DNA from: Macrostomum lignano | Lineage: Eukaryota | Length of the DNA: 30,436 bases | Direction: 5' to 3' | NCBI GenBank assembly: GCA_002269645.1 | Contig: NIVC01000726.1 | Span: forward strand, 1-30,436 | Shown: one piece after another, positions 11,381 to 22,764 of the stretch | Position numbering within the stretch: the first letter of the stretch is position 1 | Layout of the letters: each line of letters opens with the position of its first letter | The notes under the pieces: model-generated | The model's input: only the letters and a program-made list of their open reading frames with translations | Database searches by the model: none | What the model was told of the DNA's origin: nothing | Made by a program: the position numbers and the translations under genes

Positions 11381-11852
11381 TATTTAACTGATATGAGCCT
11401 ACTTAATAGTAGGCAGTTGCAGACATGGCTACGTGCGAGTAGATTTTCTTGATCGAGGAGAATATTGTATAGTTTATTTATTTTTATTATTAATTATATA
11501 AGGTACTAAATCAGTGGCTCTGTATCTAACTGTACGAATAACCCTGTTCCATAAAACGTTTCCTTATGTTAAAACCACTCTGAAAGTTTCACTGAAATCC
11601 ACGACGATTTATTTGTAATTTAATCAGAAGATCAATTTCTGTAAGAGTTAGCTCGTAAATCAACTGTGCCACTTGCACGCGGGCCTATTAAATACGCGTC
11701 GTACTTTCCAGCAGAAAGTAATTAAACAATCTTAAATTTGACCTATTAAATTATACTAGTGATACTTGCGCCACACTATATTGAATTGTGCTTTAAAATC
11801 GAAATACTAATCTACTGACTATGATTCTTTTTATTACTTTTTTATTATTCTG

Positions 11853-12220
11853 AGGGAACTGATGCAGTGGACAATTGGGAACTGATGCAGTGGACAATGG
11901 GGAACTGATGTAGTGGACAATGGGGAACTGATGCAGTGGAAAATGGGGAACTGATGCAGTGAACAATGGGGAACTGATGTAGTGGACAATGGGGAACTGA
12001 TGTAGTGGACAATGGGGAACTGATGCAGTGGACAATGGGAAGCTGATGCAGTGGACAATGGGGAACTGATGCAGTGGACAATGGGGAACTGATGCAGTGG
12101 ACAATGGACAATGGGGAACTGGTGCAGTGGAAAATGGGGAACTGGTGCAGTGGACAATGGGAAGCTGATGCAGTGGACAATGGGGAACTGATGCAGTGGA
12201 CAATGGGGAACTGATGCATG
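11853..12220. repeat. 23-bp minisatellite
   Basis: Unit GGGGAACTGATGCAGTGGACAAT. Confidence 0.95.
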
Positions 12221-12910
12221 AAACTGAAGGAAATGAGTGCAAGCAGTCCTGTCGAAAACAATTAGAACTCTGCACAGTCTAATTAGCAATATTTTTAAAT
12301 GGCTGATTTAAGCCGCACTGCAAACTGTTTTTATTCGACAGAATTTGTCACAGCAATCTGTTAAAAAGTTGCGAGCTTATAACGAAACTAATCAAAATGA
12401 TCAGTTAAAATAGTTAAAGAGACAAAGTTGACCAGTTCATTTTAAAGCCGCGCGAGAAATCAAATTGTCTGCCAATGTCGAACTACCGAATCTAACAATG
12501 TACATTTTTGCACATTCATCACTACGGGTACATGTTAAGCTGTTGCAAACAAAGTGCGCGCAACTATATAAAAATTGAACAATGCCCAAGGCGCTTTGAA
12601 TTTCACTGGCGCGGTTCGCTAGCCCTGAAGCGAGGTCAATACCAGCAGTTAGTAATATAAAATGAAAACAAAAAATCCGTACTACAACTGGGTGAATTAA
12701 CTGGAAAATAAAGATAATAACAGAAAACCCCCCTTAAAAATAGGGAATGATAAGCAGTGCTCAGCTATCGCAATTAACAACATGAATAATAACAGCAGAA
12801 GATGTACTAAGCGAAAGCAACAAAAAAGAATTCTTTAAAAAGTCAAAAGAAAATTTAATTCGAACAAGCGGCCTGGTAGCGGACAGCGGATGACTAATTC
12901 CCAAAGCCCC

Positions 12911-13520
12911 CAGATCCCACAGTGAGTCCTCTGATCCCACAGTGAGTCCTCTGATCCCACAGTGAGTCCTCTGATCCCACAGTGCGTCTTCTGATCCCAC
13001 AGTGCGTCTTCTGATCCCACAGTGAGTCCTCTAATCCCACAGTGAGCCCTCTGATCCCACAGTGCGTCTTCTGATCCCACAGTGAGTCCTCTAATCCCAC
13101 AGTGAGTTCTCTGATCCCACAGTGAGACCTCTGATCCCACAGTGAGACCTCTGATCCCACAGTGCGTCTTCTGATCCCACAGTGAGTCCTCTGATCCCAC
13201 AGTGAGTCCTCTATTCCCACAGTGCGTCTTCTGATCCCACAGTGAGTCCTCTGATCCCACAGTGCGTCTTCTGATCCCACAGTGAGTCTTCTGATCCCAC
13301 AGTGCGTCTTCTGATCCCACAGTGAGTCCTCTAATACCACAGTGAGTCCTCTATTCCCAAAGTGAGCCCTCTGATCCCACAGTGCGTCTTCTGATCCCAC
13401 AGTGAGTTCTCTGATCCCACAGTGAGTTCTCTGATCCCACAGTGAGTTCTCTGATCCCACAGTGAGCCCTCTGGTCCCACAGTGAGTCCTCTGACTGCAC
13501 CGCGAGTCCTTAGATCCCAG
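12911..13520. repeat. 20-bp minisatellite
   Basis: Unit CTGATCCCACAGTGAGTCCT with GCGTCTT variants, about 30 copies. Confidence 0.95.
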
Positions 13521-14146
13521 GCTAACTTCCCACAAACTGCAACACAACACAAATTAGCTGGGTATATCGCTGAGCATAGGAGAGAGAGAAAAGAGGTATG
13601 CATATATAAGGAATATTCGACAGCGTGCAATCGGAATTACGAGCGCAGAGCGCATGCGGATTATAAATCAAGCTAAAAATTTTAATAAAACGGCAAAGCA
13701 ACTGTGTAAAAAAGAACTGTTTTTCATTACAGACAAATATATTCTGGGGAAAGTGTGCAAGGGAATAATAATATAATAATAATAATAACAATAGTAAATA
13801 GGATAAAAGTTGACACGAACAGAACAACAAGGAATATTAATAAACAAGTGGAACAGTTAACACGTGAACAGCATATATATACATATATGGTTATCAGAAA
13901 GTTGCAAAACTCAAAATCAACACCTGAACAAATTTAAAAAAATAGTAAAATCTGTACGAAATAACAGCACGGAGTGAGCAACAGCAGCGGCAGCAGTTCT
14001 TATTCACTCCCATGTAGCAGGTATGTATTAAACAGGAATGAAGCCTTTCTGTACAAACTACTCACACATAGAAAGTAGCAATTAGTAGTAGGGAAAGCTT
14101 TTACGAGTAGAATCTATTTTTAAGGTTCACACGGCCCAAGCCATTC

Positions 14147-14512
14147 AGATTTTAGCTCCAAGGTCAAATCAACCCAACTACCCAAGGATCAGCCAATGGG
14201 ATTTAAGCTTCAAGGTCAAAACAACCCACCTCCCAAGGGCCAGCCAATCAGATTTTAGCTCCAAGGTCAAATCAACCCACCTCCCAAGGGCCAGCCAATC
14301 AGATTTTAGCTCCAAGGTCAAATCAACCCAACTACCCAAGGATCAGCCAATGGGATTTAAGCTTCAAGGTCAAATCAACCCACCTCCCAAGGGCCAGCCA
14401 ATCAGATTTTAGCTCCAAGGTCAAATCAACTCACCTCCCCAAGGGCCAGCCAAACAGATCTTAGCTCCAAGGTCAAATCAACCCACCTTCCCAAGGGCCA
14501 GCCAATCAGATT
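14147..14512. repeat. ~51-bp tandem repeat, 7 units, just downstream of the InR stop
   Basis: Unit AGATTTTAGCTCCAAGGTCAAATCAACCCACCTCCCAAGGGCCAGCCAATC; two subtypes arranged A-B-B-A-B-B-B. Confidence 0.92.
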
Positions 14513-14566
14513 CAAAAAGCATTTCTCCGCGTACTAAATAGCAGCAACAGAATAAGAAAAATTAGC

Positions 14567-14572
14567 TTTAAT
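14567..14572 (-). terminator. Candidate InR polyadenylation signal (ATTAAA variant)
   Basis: TTTAAT on + strand, about 130 nt past the InR stop; motif only. Confidence 0.25.
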
Positions 14573-14701
14573 TCTTTAAACAAAAGCACGTAAAAGTTCG
14601 AATAGATCAATAAAAAAGCCAATAAAAACGGGGCTTGACGCCTTGAGTTTTGTTATAACAGACGGGAGCTTAGAAATTCAACAATAAAAAAGGAGGGGAC
14701 C

Positions 14702-15294
14702 TCAGGCCCGCAGAGGCACGTAGGGATTGGGCACCGACTGCTGGCCCAGCATGGGGATCTCCTCCGGCGGCTTCAGCGGGCCGTCCTGATGCTCAGGCGG
14801 CTGCTGCTGCTCCTGTTGAGCCTGCTGGCTAAGCCGCTTGCCGTTCCGTTCTGGCAGGGTAACGGACACGGCCGAGTCTCCCTGAGAGCTCAGACTGCCA
14901 TTGTGAAACCAGCTCTGCCGCCTGAACGCATCGATCAGCTCAGGCATTTCGTCAAGCATGATTAGGATGTCGCGGAAGCTGGCTCGGGATCGCGGCTTCT
15001 GAGCCCAGCAGTGCGCCATGAGCTCAGATAGGAAGGCCGGGCAATCCTCAGGCGGCTGCAGAGTCTTGCCAGATTTCACCATATTGACAACTTCTTCGTT
15101 GCTTCGACTATTGAATGGCTGATGTGCCAAGGTGGCGATTTCCCACAGCACAACGCCGTAGGACCACACGTCCGTGGCCGTGGTGAACACACCGTCGCGT
15201 AGGGACTCCGGCGCCATCCAGCGGACTGGCAGAGGCGCCTGGCCCTCCTTCTTGTAATAGTCCGAGTAGTAGACATCCCGGGTCATGCCGAAGT
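14702..15294 (-). CDS. InR: InR terminal exon: activation loop, kinase C-lobe, C-terminal tail
   Basis: Acceptor CCCCGCAG|AC completes G|AC = D of DFG; DFGMTRDVYYSDYYKK...LPVRWMAPESLRDGVFTTATDVWSYGVVLWEIATLAHQP is insulin-receptor-family specific; TGA at 14704-14702. Confidence 0.96.
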
Positions 15295-15382
15295 CTGCGG
15301 GGTTCAGCGTCGGGGAGACAGCTTCTGTGTGGGTGTCTTGGAGCCATCTCGACATAGATGTCGCAAGGACAACCATGTCTTT

Positions 15383-15471
15383 GCGACATGGTCCCACAGC
15401 CAGCGCTGACGGAAATTCTGCACATTCCACTGACTTCTGAGCACATTCAAGCGCCAATACTGTACTCAGGC
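15383..15471 (+). repeat. Dispersed ~90-bp repeat relic in InR last intron, homologous to 8411-8501
   Basis: GCGACAT...CCAGCGCTGACGGAAATTCTGCACATTCCACTGACTTCTGAGCACATTCAAGCGCCAAT. Confidence 0.7.
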
Positions 15472-15525
15472 AGTCACTGATACACTCGCTCACAGGGTAC
15501 AGTCTTGGAGGCATGGAGTCTTGGA

Positions 15526-16836
15526 TCATCAAGTGTCTCAGAGGGTGCAGTCATCAAGTGTCTCAGAGGGTGCAGTCATCAAGTGTCTCACAGGGTGCAG
15601 TCATCAAGTATCTCAGCGGGTGCAGTCATCAAGTGTCTCAGAGGGTGCAGTCATCAAGTATCCCAGAGGATTTAGTCATCAAGTGTCTCAGAGGGTGCAG
15701 TCATCAAGTATCTCAGAGGGTGCAGTCATCAAGTATCTCAGAGGGTGCAGTCATCAAGTATCTCAGAGGGTGCAGTCATCAAGTGTCTCAGAGGGTGCAG
15801 TCATCAAGTGTCTCAGAGGGTGCAGTCATCAAGTATCTCAGAGGGTGCAGTCATCAAGTGTCTCAGAGGGTGCAGTCATCAAGTATCTCAGAGGGTGCAG
15901 TCATCAAGTGTCTCAGAGGGTGCAGTGATCAAGTGTCTCAGAGGGTGCAGTGATCAAGTGTCTCAGAGGGTGCAGTCATCAAGTATCTCAGCGGGTGCAG
16001 TCATCAAGTAGGGTGCAGTCATCAAGTAGGGTGCAGTCATCAAGTGTCTCAGAGGGTGCAGTCATCAAGTGTCTCAGAGGGTGCAGTCATCAAGTGTCTC
16101 AGAGGGTGCAGTCATCAAGTGTCTCAGAGGGTGCAGTCATCAAGTATCTCAGAGGGTGCAGTCATCAAGTATCTCAGAGGGTGCAGTGATCAAGTGTCTC
16201 AGAGGGTGCAGTCATCAAGTGTCTCAGAGGGTGCAGTCATCAAGTATCTCAGAGGGTGCAGTCATCAAGTATCCCAGAGGATTTAGTCATCAAGTGTCTC
16301 AGAGGGTGCAGTGATCAAGTGTCTCAGAGGGTGCAGTCATCAAGTATCTCAGAGGGTGCAGTCATCAAGTAGGGTGCAGTCATCAAGTGTCTCAGAGGGT
16401 GCAGTGATCAAGTGTCTCAGAGGGTGCAGTGATCAAGTGTCTCAGAGGGTGCAGTCATCATGTGTCTCAGAGGGTGCAGTCATCAAGTAGGGTGCAGTCA
16501 TCAAGTGTCTCAGAGGGTGCAGTCATCAAGTATCTCAGCGGGTGCAGTCATCAAGTAGGGTGCAGTCATCAAGTACGGTGCAGTCATCAAGTGTCTCAGA
16601 GGGTGCAGTCATCAAGTATCTCAGAGGGTGCAGTCATCAAGTGTCTCAGAGGGTGCAGTGATCAAGTGTCTCAGAGGGTGCAGTCATCAAGTGTCTCAGA
16701 GGGTGCAGTTATCAAGTATCTCAGAGGGTGCAGTCATCAAGTATCTCAGAGGGTGCAGTCATCAAGTATCTCAGAGGGTGCAATCATCAAGTATCTCAGA
16801 GGGTGCAGTCATCAAGTGTCTCAGAGGGTGCAGTGA
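15526..16836. repeat. 25-bp minisatellite filling the intron inside the InR kinase domain
   Basis: Unit CAGTCATCAAGT(G/A)TCTCAGAGGGTG, about 50 copies, some truncated. Confidence 0.96.
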
Positions 16837-16853
16837 TAAAGTTTTAAACGCAC

Positions 16854-17346
16854 CGCCAATCTTGACGCAGTAGTCTGCCGTAACCATGCAGTTCCTGGCC
16901 GCCAGGTCCCTGTGCACATACTTCTTCGTCTCCAGGTAGAACATGCCGTCGGAGATCTGGGCGCACCACAGCACCAGCCGGTTGCGATCGTACATTGGCC
17001 GGCTGATCGGGTCGTCCGAGTCCGGTCGCATCTGGCGTAGGCAGGTCTTCAGGTCGCCGTTCTCCATCAGCTCCATCAGCACTAGAATCGGCACATTCTC
17101 CGACACAACGCCAATTAGGCGGACAACGTTGGCGCATTGGCGGAACTTTTTCATATGCGTGGCCTCTTGAAGAAACTCGTGCCGTTCGCGCATCGTCGCC
17201 TTCTCGTTGACGTTCTTGACGGCTACGGGCACGTCCTCTCGGCTGGGCAGGAAGGGCGCCGCCGGGGTGCTGAGCGAGCGGACCAAGCCGCGGTACACCC
17301 GGCCGAAGGACCCCGTGCCCAGGATGTCCGACTCGCTGTAGGTCAC
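16854..17346 (-). CDS. InR: InR exon: tyrosine kinase N-lobe to catalytic loop
   Basis: Acceptor CCGCAG|GTG; LGTGSFGRVY, VAVK, EFLQEA, LMELMENGDLK, HRDLAARNCMV, VKIG; donor G|GTGCGT at 16854/16853, phase 1. Confidence 0.96.
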
Positions 17347-17368
17347 CTGCGGTTGATAAGATGCGATA

Positions 17369-18810
17369 GGGGATCAGCCACTTATGCGATTTGGGATCAG
17401 GGATCAGCCATTGATGGGATTCGGGATCAGCCACTGATGGGATTGTGGATTGGGGATCAGCCACTGATGGGATTGTGGATTGGGGATCAGCCACTGATGG
17501 GATTGTGGATTGGGGATCAGCCACTGATGGGATTGTGGATTGGGGATCAGCCACTGATGGGATTGTGGATTGGGGATCAGCCACTGATAGGATTGTGGAT
17601 TGGGGATCAGCCACTGATGGGATTGTGGATTGGGGATCAGCCACTGATGGGATTGTGGATTGGGGATCGGCCACTGATGGGATTGTGGATTGGGGATCAG
17701 CCACTGATGGGATTGGGGATCAGCCACTGATGCGATTGGGGATCAGCCACTGATGGGATTGTGGATTGGGGATCAGCCACTGATGGAATTGTGGATTGGG
17801 GATCAGCAACTGATGCGATTCGGGATCAGCCACTGATGCGATTCGGGATCAGCCACTGATGCGATTCGGGATCAGCCACTGATGCGATTCGGGATCAGCC
17901 ACTGATGCGATTCGGGATCAGCCACTGATGGGATTGGGGATCAGCCACTGATGGGATTGGGGAACAGCCACTAATGGGATTGGGGATCAGCCACTGATGC
18001 GATTGGGGATCAGCCACTGATGGGATTGTGGATTGGGGATCAGCAACTGATGCGATTCGGGATCAGCCACTGATGCGATTCGGGATCAGCCACTGATGCG
18101 ATTCGGGATCAGCCACTGATGCGATTCGGGATCAGCCACTGATGGGATTGGGGATCAGCCACTGATGGGATTGGGGAACAGCCACTAATGGGATTGGGGA
18201 TCAGCCACTGATGCGATTGGGGATCAGCCACTGATGGGATTGTGGATTGGGGATCAGCCACTGATGGAATTGTGGATTGGGGATCAGCAACTGATGCGAT
18301 TCGGGATCAGCCACTGATGCGATTCGGGATCAGCCACTGATGCGATTCGGGATCAGCCACTGATGCGATTCGGGATCAGCCACTGATGGGATTGGGGATC
18401 AGCCACTTATGGGATTGGGGAACAGCCACTAATGGGATTGGGGATCAGCCACTGATGCGATTGGGGATCAGCCACTGATGGGATTGGGGATCAGCCACTG
18501 ATGGGATTGTGGATTGGGGATCAGCCACTGATGCGATTGGGGATCCAGCCACTGATGCGATTGGGGATCAGCCACTGATGCGATTGGGGATCAGCCACTG
18601 ATGGTATTGGGGATCAGCTACTGATGGTATTGGGGATCAGCCACTGATGGTATTGGGGATCAGCCACTGATGGGATTGGGGAACAGCCACTGATGGTATT
18701 GGGGAACAGCCACTGATGGTATTGGGGAACAGCCACTGATGGGATTGGGGAACAGCCACTGATGGTATTGGGGAACAGCCACTGATGGGATTGGGGAACA
18801 GCCACTAATG
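17369..18810. repeat. 23/24/30-bp minisatellite with higher-order structure
   Basis: Core GGATCAGCCACTGATG followed by GGATTGTGGATTGG, CGATTCG or GGATTGG. Confidence 0.95.
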
Positions 18811-19515
18811 AGATAGCTAGAGGATTACCCACTAATTGATCCAACCTATTTGATAACAATGACTTCACACTTATTTGCCTACTATCAGTAACGCAAACAG
18901 AGCAGAGAGAATCGCGACTACAGCCGAATAAAAGTACAACAGTCCCCATACTTCTGAGCAAAAGGAAACTCTCTCTTTAAGTTTCGCCGCGGCTGCTAAA
19001 TGAAATGGCAAGCGAGGAGGAAAAGTCGCGGCCTAGCAAAGGACTATAAAAGGCGTCTGCGGATAAACAGGGGAAGTGACTGACTGGCTAGTTTCCCATC
19101 ATTAGATTTTGCAAATTGCAAGGCAGCGGATGAGCGTGACAAGTAGCGCAAAGGAAGATGAAAAATGAAGAAAATGCTGATTTTTCTAGGGACCCTGGGA
19201 CCCCTGACTCTACCCTGCAGAGATAAGGCAAAGTAGCAGATGTGCACAATTAGAGGGGGAGAGTTCCAGTTCAAGCAGAGCTGCATAAATATTACTTGAA
19301 CAGCAAAGCCGACACGGCCTACTGCCCATCAGCGAGTGCGCCCATCGAACTGAGGCATTCAGTCAGTAAGTAGCTCATTATAATTAAATGCTGATACGAT
19401 ATAATTAATGCCGAACCAAGCATACAGAATAGGCAAAGCAATGTGTAATTACCTAAAGTGCAATGGCGCAGCAGATAAGGATTGCTACTGCGGATTGCGC
19501 TTAAAGAGGTAGAAC

Positions 19516-19991
19516 ACTGAGGATCTGGGAGGCTGGCCCAGCAACTGAGGATCTGTGAGGCTGGCCCAGCAACTGACACTCTGGGAGGCTGGCCCAGCAA
19601 CTGAAACTCTGGGAGGCTGGCCCAGCAACTGAAACTCTGGGAGGCTGGCCCAGCAACTGAGGATCTGGGAGGCTGTGGCCCAGCAACTGAAACTCTGGGA
19701 GGCTGGCCCAGCAACTGAGGATCTGGGAGGCTGGCCCAGCAACTGAGGATCTGGGAGGCTGGCCCAGAAACTGAGGATCTGGGAGGCTGGCCCAGCAACT
19801 GAGGATCTGGGAGGCTGGCCCAGCAACTGAGGATCTGGGAGGCTGGCCCAGCAACTGAGGATCTGGGAGGCTGGTCTAGCAACTGAGGATCTGGGAGGCT
19901 GGCCTCAGCAACTGAGGATCTGGGAGGCTGGCCTCAGCAACTGAGGATCTGGGAGGCTGGCCTCAGCAACTGAGGATCTGGGAGGCTGGCG
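19516..19991. repeat. 28-bp minisatellite
   Basis: Unit GAGGATCTGGGAGGCTGGCCCAGCAACT. Confidence 0.95.
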
Positions 19992-20047
19992 GTGGCCCAG
20001 CCAAAGGCTCTGAGACACCAAAGCCGCAAAGCCCCGTTGCTGCTCAC

Positions 20048-20459
20048 CTGATCCCTGGGCACCTCCCACTCGTCCGGCGCATACGTGTAGCTCCAGTAGT
20101 CGGGGTTCTCGGTGACTACAGTCTTCCGCGATCCCCGCTGCCTGCACGCCAGCCAGCCTAGCAGCACGCAGGTCAGCAGCACGGCCATGGCCCCGGCCAG
20201 GCCAAGGATGGTGGCCATCTCGGTGGTGGCCCGGCCTGACACTTCGGTGGAGGCCACAGGCGACCAGCTGCCGTGGCCCTGGGAGGTGACGGCGCGCACC
20301 TGGAACTGGTAAGTTCCCTGTGGCAGCTCTCTGAGCATGACGCCGCCAATTCCAGACAGGGCGAACGAGGGATCGTCTGAGGAGCCGCTGGCGCCGCCTT
20401 TGACACCGTTGCGAACTGCCGGCTCGTTGACTGTGCCGACACCGGCGCTGCTGTTTGCA
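20048..20459 (-). CDS. InR: InR exon: end of FnIII-3, transmembrane helix, juxtamembrane NPxY
   Basis: Acceptor CCAACGCAG|T (phase 2, compatible with previous exon); LRELPQGTYQFQVRAVTSQGHGSWS, hydrophobic ILGLAGAMAVLLTCVLLGWLA followed by CRQR, ENPDY, YAPDEWEVPRDQ; donor CAG|GTGAGC, phase 0. Confidence 0.93.
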
Positions 20460-20847
20460 CTGCGTTGGGGATTAGTTAAGCATTAAGGATTTGGCATGAC
20501 AAATAAAGGAGAGTGCATAGCCAGAACGGAGACAAATTGAATTGGTCAAAACGCTAAGAAACGGTAGAGTAGGAGAGCGGGAAGGAAGATAATGAAGGAA
20601 TAGAGAGGTGAGGGAACAGGAGAGAGAGAGAGAGGTAGAGAGAGAGAGAGAGAGAGAAGAGAGGTCACGGCGTGTTAAATTAAGTGCAGGTATTGAAGAT
20701 TGGAGCGTAAAAATCGATATTTTTAAGTACAATCAAGAAGTTTAAATAAAATAAACGACAATGTGAATAAATATTGAAGTTCTATAGGTAAAGTAAGCGC
20801 ATTGGTTAAAACGATTCAGTGGTTTTCTGGCTGAGACTTAAACTTAT

Positions 20848-21283
20848 TGGAGCCAGAGGGGGGAGAGAGGAGAGAGGGGGAGAGAGGAGAGAGGGGAGAG
20901 AGGAGAGAGGGGGAGAGAGGAGAGAGGGGAGAGAGGAGAGAGGGGTAAGAGAGGAGAGAGGGGAGAGAGGAGAGAGGGGGAGAGAGGAGAGAGGGGGAGA
21001 GAGGAGAGAGGAGAGAGGGGAAAGAGAGGAGAGAGGGGGAGAGAGGAGAGAGGGGGAAGAGAGGAGAGAGGGGGAGAGAGGAGAGAGGAGAGAGGAGAGA
21101 GGGGGAAGAGAGGAGAGAGGGGGAGAGAGGAGAGAGGAGAGAGGAGAGAGGGGGAAGAGAGGAGAGAGGGGAGAGAGGAGAGAGGGGGAGAGAGGAGAGA
21201 GGGGGAGAGAGGAGAGAGGGGAAGAGAAGAGAGGAGAGAGGGGGGAGAGAGGAGAGAGGGGAGAGAGGAGAGAGGGGGGAGAG
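20848..21283. repeat. Polypurine (GA-rich) tract
   Basis: About 435 bp almost exclusively G/A, motif GGAGAGAGGGG(G)AGAGA; shorter GA run at about 20610-20660. Confidence 0.95.
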
Positions 21284-21896
21284 GAAAACAGTAAAACTTC
21301 GATAATGAAATAAAAAAGCGAGTATTGCACTGCGGCCCCCGACATGACAGGATTTTCGGGGATTCTATGCTCGTAAAAAGCTTTCACCTCTAATAAGGGT
21401 CCCAATTAAGCCAGTAGTGCTCCAGTCTTTGCTAGGGGTGGGGGTGCAAGTTCGGTTTAAAGTGCGGGGCTGTGACATACTGACGCGTTTTAAATCAAAG
21501 ATAAGTAGGGGGGGGGGGTGAAACAGAGATGAGAAGATCCCTTTATTCATTAGCTAGGCCCCCTACTGAGAAACTTTATCCACGGAGAATAAAGAAGGTA
21601 AATAGTTAAAGGCATACGGAATCTATCTGAATTTTAAATAAGGCTTCAAATGTACTTTTATAAGAATAAAAACACCCACTGGGATGGAAGCCAGTGAGGG
21701 ACCAAGGATGACGGATGAGAATGGGAGATTTAGAAGTCAGTGAGTTTGTCACGTTCCGGAGGGGCATTAATCCTTGCGATTGTAACTACAGCAACAATAA
21801 TCAATCCTTTTATGGCCAAAATTATGCTTTTCTGCTGAGGGAAACACCCACACGAAAATTTAGGAATTAAACGTCTACATTAGGAATCGCTCGAGA

Positions 21897-22722
21897 TTGA
21901 GACAGTGAGAATGAGAGTGAGACAGTGAGAGAATGAGAGTGAGACAGTTGGAGAATGAGAGTGAGACAGTGTGGGAGAATAAGAGTGAGACAGTGAGAAT
22001 GAGAGTGAGACAGTGTGGGAGAATAAGAGTGAGACAGTGAGAATGAGAGTGAGACAGTGTGGGAGAATGAGAGTGAGACAGTGGGAGAATGAGAGTGAGA
22101 CAGTGTGAGAATGAGAGTGAGACAGTGTGAGAATGAGAGTGAGACAGTGGGAGAATGAGAGTGAGACAGTGTGAGAATGAGAGTGAGACAGTGTGAGAAT
22201 GAGAGTGAGACAGTGGGAGAATGAGAGTGAGACAGTGTGAGAATGAGAGTGAGAAAGTGGGAGAATGAGAGTGAGACAGTTGGAGAATGAGAGTGAGACA
22301 GTGTGAGAATGAGAGTGAGACAGTGTGAGAATGAGAGTGAGACAGTGGGAGAATGAGAGTGAGACAGTGTGAGAATGAGAGTGAGAAAGTGGGAGAATGA
22401 GAGTGAGACAGTTGGAGAATGAGAGTGAGACAGTGTGAGAATGAGAGTGAGACAGTGTGAGAATGAGAGTGAGACAGTTGGAGAATGAGAGTGAGACAGT
22501 GTTAGAATGAGAGTGAGACAGTGGAAGAATGAGAGTGAGACAGTGTGGGAGAATGAGAGTGAGATAGTGGGAGAATGAGAGTGAGACAGTGTGGGAGAAT
22601 AAGAGTGAGACAGTGGGAGAATGAGAGTGAGACAGTGTGGGAGAATGAGAGTGAGACAGTGGGAGAATGAGAGTGAGACAGTGGGAGACTCAGTGAGACA
22701 GTAGAATAATGAGAGTGCAGAG
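21897..22722. repeat. 22-24-bp minisatellite
   Basis: Unit GAGAATGAGAGTGAGACAGT(GT/GG/TG). Confidence 0.95.
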
Positions 22723-22764
22723 AAAGGTACAGCGGAGCCAGTGTGAGCACAGCTAGCAACTCAC

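Noticed and set aside
12440-12640. E2F/CHR-like words suggesting a hidden promoter
   Set aside because: Short motifs only, with no downstream gene model to support them.
15295-15532. N-terminal part of ORF 14702-15532 as coding
   Set aside because: A consensus acceptor at 15295 joins exactly to the phase-1 donor at 16853 to rebuild KIG-DFG, so the upstream part is intron.
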